In this document: positions 29,373 through 39,753 of the stretch, in pieces
Position numbering within the stretch: the stretch's first letter is position 1
Layout of the letters: every line of letters begins with the position of its first letter
Origin: Nitrospirota bacterium
Lineage (GTDB): Bacteria; Nitrospirota; Thermodesulfovibrionia; Thermodesulfovibrionales; Dissulfurispiraceae
Direction: 5' to 3'
Assembly: GCA_963710375.1 (NCBI GenBank)
Contig: CAVPZX010000008.1
Location: forward strand, 32,001 to 96,000
Length of the DNA stretch: 64,000 nucleotides
Translations under genes and position numbers: made by a program
The notes under the pieces: generated by a model
What the model was told of the DNA's origin: nothing
What the model saw: only the letters and a program-made list of their open reading frames with translations
Database searches by the model: none

Positions 29373-30770
29373 TCACTCGCGCATTCTGTCTTTCAGCTTT
29401 TGCTTCAGTATCTCTTCCATTACCCTCAATTTAGTCCTCACTCCGAATATATTGCGGGGCCTGAAAATGTAATCAATATTAGAGGGCTGAAGGAGCATAC
29501 AGCAGGAGGCGTATCTCTGAAGACTGAGCATATCGTCAGGCGTCAACTCATCAGTCCGTGTAACGCATCGTTCAGCGCCGTATCTATCATAGTCCGCTTC
29601 AAGAAGGTATCCCTTTTCTTTCATTTCATCCCTTAGCGCAGTGCCAGGGAAAGGGATTGCCATAGAAAACCCCGCAACGTACGGCTTCAGCCGTTTCGCA
29701 AGGGCAATGCTGTCGTAAACCGACCGTTTAGTCTCACCCATATTACCTATAAGAAAAGAAGTGGTAGTCTTTATCCCCGCCTCGTGGGTCATCCTGAACG
29801 CCCGCTCGATTTCTGCTATCCTGATATTCTTGCCCATCGCTTTCAACATCTTCTCGTTGCCGTTTTCAGTGCCGTAAAAGATCATCCAGACGTTGGCCCG
29901 TTTTGCAAGCTGAAGAAGTTCAGGGGTCAGCAATGGTTCATTGACTCTGAAACAAAGCCTGTATGATATGTTCCAGTTGAGTTTCTTTTCAATGATCATG
30001 TTCAATACGGTTTCCGCCCACTGCTTGTTGGCATTAAACGTATCATCCTGAAAATAAATTTCCGAGATGCCGTATTTCCTGTGAAGCCATTCGATCTCAT
30101 TTACAATAGCCTCGGGCTTTCTCGACCTGACTTTTGAGCCCCAGAATACCGGCGAGTTGCAGAACTTGCAACGTCCGAAACAGCCGCGTGAGGCCATGAT
30201 GAACATACTCGGCATCGGACCCCTGGGGTACGGGCCATGATATTTTTTCATCCCTTCTTTGCCACCGATCAAATCAAGGTTGGTTAGAGGAATATGACTG
30301 AAATCCTGTATGAATGGACGAGGGGGATTCAGATTATCTTCATAACAAATCCCCTGAATTTCAGACATGGGTGTTCCCTCGACAAGTTCGAAAAAGGTTT
30401 CTTCGCCTTCCCCATAAACAACTACATCGATATCGGGGAAATGTCTGAACGTATCGAGTTTGAGCGCCGAAGGATGAGGTCCGCCGGTCACTACCAATAT
30501 ATTTTTACTGACCTTTTTTATTGCTTCGGAAACCTCCCTCGCTGACCTGGTCTGGTAAGTATTCATCGTAATACCCACGATATCCGGCTTGAATTTTCTT
30601 GCTCTTCCCTCTATGCCGGTGATGTCAACCTTGTCGCTGATCATCTGCACCACGGATACTTCATGGCCTCGTGCCAAAAGCATCGAACCCAAAAGGAGAA
30701 GCGCACCGGAAGGATAGCCTTCAGCCGTTCTTGGTATATTTTCCTGGGGGCATATCAGTAATACTCTCAC
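29373..30770 (-). CDS. B12-binding domain radical SAM protein
   Basis: GGPHPS cobalamin-domain motif; SRGCFGRCKFC; FQDDTF; PFPGT. Confidence 0.92.
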   Translation of the reverse strand: MRVLLICPQENIPRTAEGYPSGALLLLGSMLLARGHEVSVVQMISDKVDITGIEGRARKFKPDIVGITMNTYQTRSAREVSEAIKKVSKNILVVTGGPHPSALKLDTFRHFPDIDVVVYGEGEETFFELVEGTPMSEIQGICYEDNLNPPRPFIQDFSHIPLTNLDLIGGKEGMKKYHGPYPRGPMPSMFIMASRGCFGRCKFCNSPVFWGSKVRSRKPEAIVNEIEWLHRKYGISEIYFQDDTFNANKQWAETVLNMIIEKKLNWNISYRLCFRVNEPLLTPELLQLAKRANVWMIFYGTENGNEKMLKAMGKNIRIAEIERAFRMTHEAGIKTTTSFLIGNMGETKRSVYDSIALAKRLKPYVAGFSMAIPFPGTALRDEMKEKGYLLEADYDRYGAERCVTRTDELTPDDMLSLQRYASCCMLLQPSNIDYIFRPRNIFGVRTKLRVMEEILKQKLKDRMRE

Positions 30771-30779
30771 AGTTTTACC

Positions 30780-31355
30780 TCATAGGCCCATGCCATATAC
30801 AACAATATAATATGCGAGCTTCATGTACTCGCTCAGTACAAAATCCCTCGATGTCTCATTTTTCCACCAGTTTTTTGCATTCCACCAGGGAGGAGACGTG
30901 GCAACTATGGCATATCCCAAGCCCGACCCATTGAGGACATGACCCCAGGACCAGTTTACGCGTCTTATATGAGGAGGGTTAGTAACGATTATCACATATT
31001 TCCAGCCCCGGGCCTGCATCGTCCGAAGAGAATTCTGGGCTTCTTCAAAAGAGTTTTTTGAAACTGTTTCAAAGAATATGTTTTCCCGGCGTGCACCGAC
31101 GTTCATAAACTCCTGTCTCTCCTGATCACTGCATGGATTAATAATGAGAACATTCGGGGCGTACTTTTCCTTAAGAAGTTCTACTGCCAGTGTGCTCCGC
31201 CAGCAACCTATGTCTCCGCCAAGGACTACAATCGCATCGGCCTTTTGAGGAGCGGAAGCGGGCGACGCCAGAAAATATCCGGCACTAAAGAAAAGATATA
31301 TCGCTGCCGCAAACAAAAACAGAAGAGTTAATAAGAAGTACCTGCCCCTGGTCAT
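30780..31355 (-). CDS. YdcF/DUF218 (ElyC-like) family protein
   Basis: ADAIVVLGG, SKNSFEEA, IVTNPPHIRR. Confidence 0.85.
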   Translation of the reverse strand: MTRGRYFLLTLLFLFAAAIYLFFSAGYFLASPASAPQKADAIVVLGGDIGCWRSTLAVELLKEKYAPNVLIINPCSDQERQEFMNVGARRENIFFETVSKNSFEEAQNSLRTMQARGWKYVIIVTNPPHIRRVNWSWGHVLNGSGLGYAIVATSPPWWNAKNWWKNETSRDFVLSEYMKLAYYIVVYGMGL

Positions 31356-32515
31356 CGTACAATTTGAGAGTTAGCTACCTCACTTAGAATATTTCCCCAT
31401 CGTTCCTGCCACCGCTTGATGCTGAAGGCTCTCTGTGAAGCTTCCCACCCGGATTTTTGCATCCTGAGCCTTTCTTCAGGGAAGTCTATAAACCTGAGCA
31501 GTGCGTCAAGGATTGCCCCGTGGTCAGGCTCACACAAACGGCCGTTGAAGCCATCGATGATCTGGGTTATGGTTCCACCCATATTTGTTGCGACCACTGC
31601 ACATCCGGCAGCCATCGCTTCAAGCACCGAAAGACAAGTCGCCTCGCCGCATAATGACGGGATAACGGCAATGTCATGTTCGAGGTGAATCTTCAAGGCA
31701 TCCTCTGTTTTGTACGAGGTGACCGTAACGCGCTTCTCGCCTGAAAAGTTGTCTCTCAGAAATCCCTCGTCAGGACCCTCACCGGCAAGCGTTATTTGAA
31801 GGTTGGGGCGAAGCGTCAAAAGCCGCTTAAAGACATCAGCTATGACGCGTGTCCCTTTCTCCGGAACCAATCTCCTGGCAAAGATAATCCTTACAGGCAG
31901 GTCCCCATCTGCATTTTCGCGGCGAGTGTCCCACACGGCCACAGGAGCTGGATTTGGATTGTAGAAAAGACGCCCCTTGACATTAGGCCCCCGAAAGCTC
32001 CTGTACCAGTTCAGAAAATAAAGGTCTACCGCCACCCGGTTGTGACAGGTCTCGAACCTTCGCAGTCCCCGCAACTGGCAGCGATACCTGAAAAGTTTCT
32101 CACCCATCGCTGAATAATAAACGCTCTTTCGGGTGAGCAGTTTAATGTCGGCATCCCAGGCAAGACCATTTTGCACACAGATAGCGAGGGGATTGTCGTT
32201 TCTTACAGAAAAGAAGTCCGCTGCAAATATTTCGAGACGTTCGTCAGTCCCTGAATTCTTCCGTGCCACATCCCTGAAAAGCTGCACAAGTCTCTTGTTC
32301 GGCATCCCCCTACGAGGATAACCGGGGATTCCAACCACGCGTGTATTCCCGTAACGACTCTCGAACGCATGTCCCGCGCATTGGTAAACAACCACCTCAT
32401 GGCCCAAACTTTCAAGAAGAGGACAGAGATGGCTGATAAGTGTGCCAATGCCACCGCCACCTACGCTCACCTCGTCGTCTTTAAGGAACTGTATGAAATA
32501 GATATCGGCCTTCAC
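31352..32515 (-). CDS. Glycosyltransferase family 4
   Basis: RRLVPEKG, EATCLSVLEAMAAG. Confidence 0.9.
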   Translation of the reverse strand: MKADIYFIQFLKDDEVSVGGGGIGTLISHLCPLLESLGHEVVVYQCAGHAFESRYGNTRVVGIPGYPRRGMPNKRLVQLFRDVARKNSGTDERLEIFAADFFSVRNDNPLAICVQNGLAWDADIKLLTRKSVYYSAMGEKLFRYRCQLRGLRRFETCHNRVAVDLYFLNWYRSFRGPNVKGRLFYNPNPAPVAVWDTRRENADGDLPVRIIFARRLVPEKGTRVIADVFKRLLTLRPNLQITLAGEGPDEGFLRDNFSGEKRVTVTSYKTEDALKIHLEHDIAVIPSLCGEATCLSVLEAMAAGCAVVATNMGGTITQIIDGFNGRLCEPDHGAILDALLRFIDFPEERLRMQKSGWEASQRAFSIKRWQERWGNILSEVANSQIVR

Positions 32516-32524
32516 TATTAACTG

Positions 32525-34042
32525 TTATTCTGACGGTTTGATACGCGAGGACTGATTATGTCCGCTATTCGGGAATACTCTCATTAGATTTCGCAACTTG
32601 CGTAACAGTCTAAATATAAAAATAGACAGGTAACGGTATTTTCTCTTGCTCAGAAGGAGGGCTCTCAGATATCCCGGTTGAAAGCTTATAATTTGCCATC
32701 TGCGTCCCTGCGAATACTTCTCGCCCAACATCCGATGAAGCTCTTCCAGGTTGAGGTTGTGCGCTGCAAGACGAAATCTCGGATCTACAATTGATGTATA
32801 ACTCATATTGCCTTTGTAAAGGCTATACTCTTCTATAGTAAGGGGTGGTTTGACATATTGCTCATAGATCGCGGTCCCTGGATAAGGTGTGGTTATGCAT
32901 ACGCCGTAGACGGTAGCCTTGATCTTCTCCATCAATTCGACGGTCCGGCTAACATCCTGCTCGGTCTCCCCCGGTGTATTGATGAGGATATTGGCGAACG
33001 TGCGAATATTTTCCGAACTGCACCGACGAAAAACCTCGAGAGTGTCCTCCACTTTTATGCCTTTTTTCATCCTGTCCAGAGACTCCTGAGAGCCGGACTC
33101 CACGCCGAAATCGATCTGGATGCAACCGCTTTTTTTCAGGGCGCGAAAGACGTTGTCCGGAAACTGATTGACCCGTCCCTCCATCCCCCAGACAAACCGG
33201 TATTTCAGATCCATGAGTTTTTCGCAGAATTCGATCACTCGATCCGGTTTGATCGTGAAGGTGTCGTCGTGAACGTAGAACCCATCGATATCAAAGGTCT
33301 CTTTCAGGTAGCGAAGTTCCCCGATAACAGCGTCTACCGTTCGATACCTGACATTCCTTCGTCTGTTTGCACAGAAGGTACAACTATAGGGGCAGCCCCG
33401 CGCTGTAAATATGTGAAACCCGGACAGGTATACCCACCGCGTTAGAAACTGATGGGGCTGCAGATAATAGTCAGTGTCAAGTTTTTGATACGGAAGAACC
33501 GGCATGTCGGCAAGCGACGGAAAGGCCGACTGGGGAGCGGTATGAACCACTTCGTTCCCCTCCTTGAAAACCAGACCTTCTATTCCTTCCAGAGAATATG
33601 CCCCTCCCCTTTCTGCTTCAATCAAACGGGTCAAAGGCACTTCTCCGTCTCCGACAACAGCAATATCGAAAGGACTATCTTCCATAACGAAAAAATCCTG
33701 CGGGGACACAGTAGCGTGTACACCGCCGATAATAATCTTTGCATTGCTCCTTGCCTTTATAGCGCCTGCCAATTTGACCAGATCATGGTATTCCTCGGTA
33801 AACCCGCTGAGGCCTATCAGCGGCGACCCGGAACCGACAGTTCGTTCAACCGTTTCATAAAAAACCCTTGCACTTTGTCTTTCAGAAAATTCCTCATTGA
33901 TATCACTCTTAACGTTGACAATATCTACGCGATATCCCTGCTTTTCAATATAACCGGTCAGCCACAGCATCCAATGTGGAACAATAGGGCTCTTGGCACG
34001 TCCCAATGTGGGCGTTGATACCAGACAAATATCAGCCGTCAA
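32525..34042 (-). CDS. B12-binding domain radical SAM protein
   Basis: GGVHAT, GDGE, ARGCPYSCTFC, FGVESGS, PYPGT. Confidence 0.93.
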   Translation of the reverse strand: MTADICLVSTPTLGRAKSPIVPHWMLWLTGYIEKQGYRVDIVNVKSDINEEFSERQSARVFYETVERTVGSGSPLIGLSGFTEEYHDLVKLAGAIKARSNAKIIIGGVHATVSPQDFFVMEDSPFDIAVVGDGEVPLTRLIEAERGGAYSLEGIEGLVFKEGNEVVHTAPQSAFPSLADMPVLPYQKLDTDYYLQPHQFLTRWVYLSGFHIFTARGCPYSCTFCANRRRNVRYRTVDAVIGELRYLKETFDIDGFYVHDDTFTIKPDRVIEFCEKLMDLKYRFVWGMEGRVNQFPDNVFRALKKSGCIQIDFGVESGSQESLDRMKKGIKVEDTLEVFRRCSSENIRTFANILINTPGETEQDVSRTVELMEKIKATVYGVCITTPYPGTAIYEQYVKPPLTIEEYSLYKGNMSYTSIVDPRFRLAAHNLNLEELHRMLGEKYSQGRRWQIISFQPGYLRALLLSKRKYRYLSIFIFRLLRKLRNLMRVFPNSGHNQSSRIKPSE

Positions 34043-34078
34043 TTTCTTTTCCTTTCCACATTAATTGCCCGACTTCGC

Positions 34079-35260
34079 TTATTTCCATATCTCTTTTGCC
34101 CTGTTGACAAGCCATTGCCGGTCTATTCCCCTATCTATGACCTCGCTGATCATTTCTCTAATCCATCCAATTGTCCCCCGACGCGGCATTCTTTCCCTAT
34201 CATCGTCTTCATCAAACAACACTTCATATGCATCAAGCATTCTTTCAGCCGAGTATCTCTGCACCGCGGATTCCCTTGCAGCTTCAGACATCAGGACAAG
34301 CTTTTCAGGATTTTTCAGCAGACCGACAATAGCATCTGCAAAGCCCTCAACATTGCCTGACTCCACGAGAGTTCCGGTAACTCCGTCCTCGATAATGTCA
34401 TCAGTGATTCCGGGAAGATGCGATACAACAGGAACTGCACCACATAACATTGCTTCCACAATTATAAGACCAAACCCTTCCACGCGGGACGGCAACAAAA
34501 GAATTTCAGTATCTCTGAGTATTTTAGCAACCTGCGCTGCTGTGACATACCCTGTAAATGCTGCTTTAATTTTTTTTTCATTTAGTCTTTTTTCCAGCAA
34601 GGATCGTAAAGGTCCTTTGCCGGTAATAGTAATTTCAATATCCGGGAAACGCTGCGTTACCGGCTCGAGAATCAGGGGAAGCATGTCGGAGCCCTTATTC
34701 ATATCCAGGTTCCCGACAAAAGAAATCCGGGGGCTTGTTAGACTGGTATCCCTTCTTCTAAAAGAAAATAGATCGGCATTTACACCGTGGGGTATGACTT
34801 TAATTCTATTACGAATATTTTTACCCACATAATGTCTGAAATGTTTCGCCAGCGCCCGCGAAGGGGCTACCCATCGGAAAATACGTTTATAGTAACGGCG
34901 TGCTACGTTATAAATCCCCTCGATATCATTATGCAAAATAGCAACAGGTTTTATTTCGACGGAAATGCAGGGTAAAGATTGGTGAAGGAGTGAACAATGA
35001 TTCAACAATAAAATATCAGGCGCTGTGGCATTAACAATATCTACAGCTACTTTCAACTTTTTATAGGAAAGCGGTAATGATGTGAGATCATGGCAGCGGA
35101 AAGCAATTTTTTCCATATCTGCGTAGTATTCATTCGGTCCGTTGGTTACCAAAAAATGAATCACCCAACCCCTTTTCCGAAGTCCATCAGCCAGAGTAAG
35201 GGTATATGTCCCCAAGCCGCCTGATGTTATCGATTCGTTACATATTAGAATAGACGGCAT
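34079..35260 (-). CDS. Glycosyltransferase family 4
   Basis: EGFGLIIVEAMLCGAVP. Confidence 0.92.
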   Translation of the reverse strand: MPSILICNESITSGGLGTYTLTLADGLRKRGWVIHFLVTNGPNEYYADMEKIAFRCHDLTSLPLSYKKLKVAVDIVNATAPDILLLNHCSLLHQSLPCISVEIKPVAILHNDIEGIYNVARRYYKRIFRWVAPSRALAKHFRHYVGKNIRNRIKVIPHGVNADLFSFRRRDTSLTSPRISFVGNLDMNKGSDMLPLILEPVTQRFPDIEITITGKGPLRSLLEKRLNEKKIKAAFTGYVTAAQVAKILRDTEILLLPSRVEGFGLIIVEAMLCGAVPVVSHLPGITDDIIEDGVTGTLVESGNVEGFADAIVGLLKNPEKLVLMSEAARESAVQRYSAERMLDAYEVLFDEDDDRERMPRRGTIGWIREMISEVIDRGIDRQWLVNRAKEIWK

Positions 35261-35305
35261 TGTTATTCCCGGTATTCAGAGATATTTTTGAATGTTCGCA
35301 GAAGT

Positions 35306-36907
35306 TCAGCACTTGTCTTTAGCTATCCCGACTTTAATCACGGTTTTGTGCAACCATATGGCACTAAGGACTACGGCGGTAAGTTGTACGAAATAAGCCC
35401 ACCAACTCATCCACAACCCGTAGTGCATAAAATATACCTGTTGGGGGAACTTTAGAGGGTATGCCATGTCTTGCGGCAACCATGGAGCCAAATTCAGCTT
35501 CATCCAGAACTGCGCGTACACGACCGTAAGAGCGGCTAATACGTATTTGAACGATGCCTTCGTGCTCGACGACTCCAGGGCAAGGACGAGACCTAAGACG
35601 AAGAAAGGCCAGGCAATGGTTATAAAGCGCGGCTCTCCTATTAGTCCCAAGGGCAAGGAAATCGCGATAATTGCTACGACACCTAGCCCTAATTTTCTTG
35701 CCTCGACACAAAATGCCTTCCAATAAAGAAGAAGCAACAACACTACAGGTCCCCAAAACACAGCTAACGTAACTATAGGTAATAGAAATTTTCCTTGAAG
35801 ATGATGAAGATCATCACCGGGTACCAATACTCTTTTAATTAACTGTAGCATGCTGTTTGGATTGGCAATGCCTGGACTTGAAATGATCTTAACCAAATAG
35901 AAAGGTATAAGAACCGCTGCAATTGCCAGTGCGACTAAAGGAAGTTGTGCTCTCCGGAGATTGGCAAGAAGCGCCGGAAGGAACGATCGAGATCCAATTA
36001 GCATTGCAAGCGCAACCAGCATGCCGATGAGAGATGGCAATCCGGTAAGCAATCGTTCCAGTCGATCGAATGAAGGTGCGACATTGAACGGCATTACATT
36101 ACCCAATATTTTTAGCCAGTTATTGAACACGGTACTTGCGTGTTCGGACACCGGCGCCACCCGCGCCAAAGTTATATACCCGATAATTGACATAATAAGC
36201 ACTACAAGACCGCCAAGCTTGACAAGAGAGGAAAGCGTTACCGATTTAAAAGTCAAGGTTGACGCTGCAGGTTCGATTACCTCCCTTGGAAGGTCCTCCC
36301 TGGGGAAAATTAATAGGAAGGCGCCGCAAATGCTCACTGCGGGCCAGCAGAAAGCTCCAACTATCGTTGTGACGAACAGGGCGATTGGTTTCTTTTCAAC
36401 GTAGAAAAGCAACAGCAACATAGCGACAACTAGAGCTGTGACGTCAGTGAGAACCGGATAATAGAATGCTTGCTTAGAACACTGAAAATTGACAAAAATC
36501 CCGCTGAATCCTATCCAACGTCCTGAGAGACTGAGCGAAAAGCTATCAGCCACACGCTTCCAAACCCAGCATGCTCCCACAAGAAGAACCAAATTATACA
36601 GTTCAAAGCCTCGAATGATATTTATGTCACTCGTTGGGGTTCCAGAGAAGAGCATCATGCTCCGCACGATGAGAGAAGGAAGAATTCTGTGCGCGTAATA
36701 GCTGTTCAGCTGTCCTCCACTGATCAATGAATCGAGGTTGCGGACCATGTCTGCATAAAGAACGCCGTCCCACCCAAGGCCTCCGCCTGCCTGCACTTTC
36801 TCTCCCCATATAAAATTTAGTAAGCCGAGAACAAAAACTATAAGGATCATAAGCCGGTGACTGCTTTGAATCCCGTTCCACGAAAAAGCTTTTCCTATAG
36901 ATGTCAT
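35306..36907 (-). CDS. Polytopic membrane protein of unknown function
   Basis: Many hydrophobic segments; loop motif GGLGWDGVLY after the first TM; start uncertain. Confidence 0.7.
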   Translation of the reverse strand: MTSIGKAFSWNGIQSSHRLMILIVFVLGLLNFIWGEKVQAGGGLGWDGVLYADMVRNLDSLISGGQLNSYYAHRILPSLIVRSMMLFSGTPTSDINIIRGFELYNLVLLVGACWVWKRVADSFSLSLSGRWIGFSGIFVNFQCSKQAFYYPVLTDVTALVVAMLLLLFYVEKKPIALFVTTIVGAFCWPAVSICGAFLLIFPREDLPREVIEPAASTLTFKSVTLSSLVKLGGLVVLIMSIIGYITLARVAPVSEHASTVFNNWLKILGNVMPFNVAPSFDRLERLLTGLPSLIGMLVALAMLIGSRSFLPALLANLRRAQLPLVALAIAAVLIPFYLVKIISSPGIANPNSMLQLIKRVLVPGDDLHHLQGKFLLPIVTLAVFWGPVVLLLLLYWKAFCVEARKLGLGVVAIIAISLPLGLIGEPRFITIAWPFFVLGLVLALESSSTKASFKYVLAALTVVYAQFWMKLNLAPWLPQDMAYPLKFPQQVYFMHYGLWMSWWAYFVQLTAVVLSAIWLHKTVIKVGIAKDKC

Positions 36908-36938
36908 TTTATTGTTGACCACGATAATACGAGCATAA

Positions 36939-38042
36939 TCACGTCTGCAGCGCGAGAATCTTTTCGAAAAAACTACGGACCTGATTCGACAAATAATGAA
37001 GAACCATTGCAAGGACTACAATAAAACCGAAGTAAACGAAGAAAAACAAATATAGGGGGGGCCTGAAGAGAAAAAAATCATACTTTACCATGAAAGGGAA
37101 ATGAAGCAGAAAAATCTCATAAGAATATTTGCCCAGAAACGTTAATACCTTGCTCATGATATGATATTTTTCGATAAATACGGAGAGGATAACCACGCAG
37201 CATAATACAATAATCGACCTTATTAACCAAAATAAAGCTGAATCTGCACCCCTGAAAATCTTAAGTAGTGCACCCAAAAGTAAAAGGGTTGCAATTATAA
37301 CCGTGCCGTTTTTGAACGAGATGAAAGTGTGCTGAATATGGCGATATATTAAATATACCGATACTCCAAAGGGAAAGGCTATCGCGAACTGAATCCAGAT
37401 TTGCAAATACGGCTGAAGGCGAGTATGACGAATTACATAAGATATTCCTATCATGATACAAAAAAAGAGAACGCTCTTTTGCCATTCCTTTATATTAAGC
37501 CGGGATAACAGATAAAAAATAAGATAGGAAAACACAATAAATGATATAAACCATGCGCTTGCATTGATCGTGTTGCCTTGCACGAAAATAACGCCTAGAA
37601 AGCTTAAAACAATTTCATCAGCCTTGTGGACGCTTCCAAGCAGTAAATAATCTAAAATGATGAACAGACATAATGACAGCCAGAGAGGCACAGCTAATTT
37701 CAGAACGCGATTACGCCAAAAAGTGCTGCTAACACGGCTGAACCCATATTTTTGAACTGTTCCTGTTCCTGACAAGTACAGGAAAATAAGCACCGCATCA
37801 TTTCCGCCATCCCTGAGGAACATCGGCGAATTGAAAATAATCTGCGCCGCATGTCCTATAAATAAGAATACGATCGCGACGCCCCTTAACGTAAACGAGG
37901 TGCGAAACTCAAACATACTGCTTGCTTCCTTTTTTGAGGTAAACCAAATCGCAATGACCAGCAGACAACTGATTATCAAGAAAGAACCGGCCGGATGAGG
38001 AACTTCGAGGCTTTGAAAACTATGTGACGCAAAATTGATCAT
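36939..38042 (-). CDS. Acyltransferase family 3 membrane protein
   Basis: LRGVAI, FLYLSG, AWFI, FLGKYSYEIFLLH. Confidence 0.82.
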   Translation of the reverse strand: MINFASHSFQSLEVPHPAGSFLIISCLLVIAIWFTSKKEASSMFEFRTSFTLRGVAIVFLFIGHAAQIIFNSPMFLRDGGNDAVLIFLYLSGTGTVQKYGFSRVSSTFWRNRVLKLAVPLWLSLCLFIILDYLLLGSVHKADEIVLSFLGVIFVQGNTINASAWFISFIVFSYLIFYLLSRLNIKEWQKSVLFFCIMIGISYVIRHTRLQPYLQIWIQFAIAFPFGVSVYLIYRHIQHTFISFKNGTVIIATLLLLGALLKIFRGADSALFWLIRSIIVLCCVVILSVFIEKYHIMSKVLTFLGKYSYEIFLLHFPFMVKYDFFLFRPPLYLFFFVYFGFIVVLAMVLHYLSNQVRSFFEKILALQT

Positions 38043-38085
38043 ATGTTTGGAAACCGCTTTGCCGATACGTCGCAATCCATCACGT

Positions 38086-39054
38086 TCACAGCTGAACTTT
38101 CTCGACTTCAAGCGGCTCGTTTGAGCGCTCCAGGATCCGGCCTGCTGCACGTACCACATCTTCAGGCTGAACCATATTCATACAACGCCTGTCGTCGTTG
38201 CACTCATCCCATTTCCAGCATGGCGCGCATTTCACAAAGCTGTTCAAATTCTCGTTACAAATGTAACCGCTCTGCCAGGAATGCTCCCGCCCCCCATAGA
38301 TGATTACCGAACGGCAATCGACTGCCCGGGCAAGATGCATAAGAAATCCCGCGGTTCCGATAAAGACTTCCGACCGACTGAGTATACCCGCAGTCTCTCT
38401 GATCGATGTTTTTCCACGGCGGTCAATCACTCCTTCTAAAGGATAATCGTGATCGCTTCCGACCTGAATAATGGTCAGTGCGGGATATATTTCTCTCATC
38501 TGGTCAATAACGACCTGAAATTTAGCGGTATCCCAGAGTTTATTCCGCATAATTGTGGTGTAGGAATTTATACCGACGCACTGAACAGCGATTTGTCTTG
38601 CGGTGCGGACTCCCGATATTATTTCGTCACGGTGAAAGAAGAAATAAGGCTTTATTGATATTTCACCATGCACTCCGGCCTTTCGGCATAATTCAGCTAT
38701 AATATGAATTTTAGGGGGTATCTCCGCTTTTCTGGGCTCCGTTTCTATGGCATAGCTAAGCCGTTGCCTTCTCGGTTCCATCATAATAGAATACCGCAAC
38801 GGCCAATGCTCCATCGAAAACACCTTCGCGTAATCCGGATTGTGCCTCAAGAGTTCCGGTGAATGTGAAACCTGCCAGATTTTCACAGACTGCTTTCTTT
38901 TCTTGATCTCATGGGCAACTGCAGTCAGGAGCAATTCATCGCCAATGCCTCCCCCAAATTGGAGCATGATATCCGGAAAGCCGTGTCGAACCACATCGAG
39001 AAGAGCCTGTAACTCTATTGATCCGGCATGAATAATTTTTTCCAATATGTTCAA
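38086..39054 (-). CDS. Glycosyltransferase family 9-like protein
   Basis: GGIGDELL, GKTSIRE, GFLMHLARA, CAPCW..C...C; start uncertain (ORF extends to 39153). Confidence 0.82.
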   Translation of the reverse strand: MNILEKIIHAGSIELQALLDVVRHGFPDIMLQFGGGIGDELLLTAVAHEIKKRKQSVKIWQVSHSPELLRHNPDYAKVFSMEHWPLRYSIMMEPRRQRLSYAIETEPRKAEIPPKIHIIAELCRKAGVHGEISIKPYFFFHRDEIISGVRTARQIAVQCVGINSYTTIMRNKLWDTAKFQVVIDQMREIYPALTIIQVGSDHDYPLEGVIDRRGKTSIRETAGILSRSEVFIGTAGFLMHLARAVDCRSVIIYGGREHSWQSGYICNENLNSFVKCAPCWKWDECNDDRRCMNMVQPEDVVRAAGRILERSNEPLEVEKVQL

Positions 39055-39076
39055 AAACGAACAACGCTCCTCATTT

Positions 39077-39748
39077 TCAGGGCTTACGGGCACAGACAAA
39101 AAAGGAATTGAAATGATCGGGACCATCATCTTTTTCAACAATCGTGAGTTCACGCTTTATCAACGCGTTCGTTACCGTTTCAGGCTCAGGGACCCATTTG
39201 TGAATTCCTGCCATAAAGGGATTTGACATATGCCATAATTTACAGGAGGGATGAGGCAGATATAGAAACAAAATCCCTCCGGCCTTTAACCTGGAAACCC
39301 AGAGATCAAGCGCTGGTTCCCACTCCGCAATATGCTCTAAACAGTGAGAGCTGAATACATAATCCTGTGAACCATCAGGGACCTCGTCTATCTGGTTAGC
39401 GGTTCCCGGTCCTTGCCCGGTATCGATTGGCGTACTGCCCGGCAAAGGCCAGAAAGCGGCGCCAATATCCAGCCCCTTTCCTTTACAGTATTTCAGCGCC
39501 TTTTTACGGATGGCAAACGAATTTCCTCCTACCGTAAGATAGTCGGGATAGAATTCTCCTTCGTAGATCCATCCACCCGGAACTCTTTCATGGCCGGTTG
39601 CAATCATAGCGCGATAGACATGAAAAAGCGCAGGGCAGTCAGGCATCTCATCCAAGGCTCTTAGAGGATCTCCTCCCAGTCTGCGCAAGGCCGGTCTCAA
39701 TGCATGCCGGATGTGCTTGAATAGTTGTTTTACCATAGGAATTGACAA
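39077..39748 (-). CDS. Class I SAM-dependent methyltransferase
   Basis: GLDIGA, DYVFSSHCLEH, LKAGG. Confidence 0.85.
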   Translation of the reverse strand: MSIPMVKQLFKHIRHALRPALRRLGGDPLRALDEMPDCPALFHVYRAMIATGHERVPGGWIYEGEFYPDYLTVGGNSFAIRKKALKYCKGKGLDIGAAFWPLPGSTPIDTGQGPGTANQIDEVPDGSQDYVFSSHCLEHIAEWEPALDLWVSRLKAGGILFLYLPHPSCKLWHMSNPFMAGIHKWVPEPETVTNALIKRELTIVEKDDGPDHFNSFFVCARKP

Positions 39749-39753
39749 CTCAG

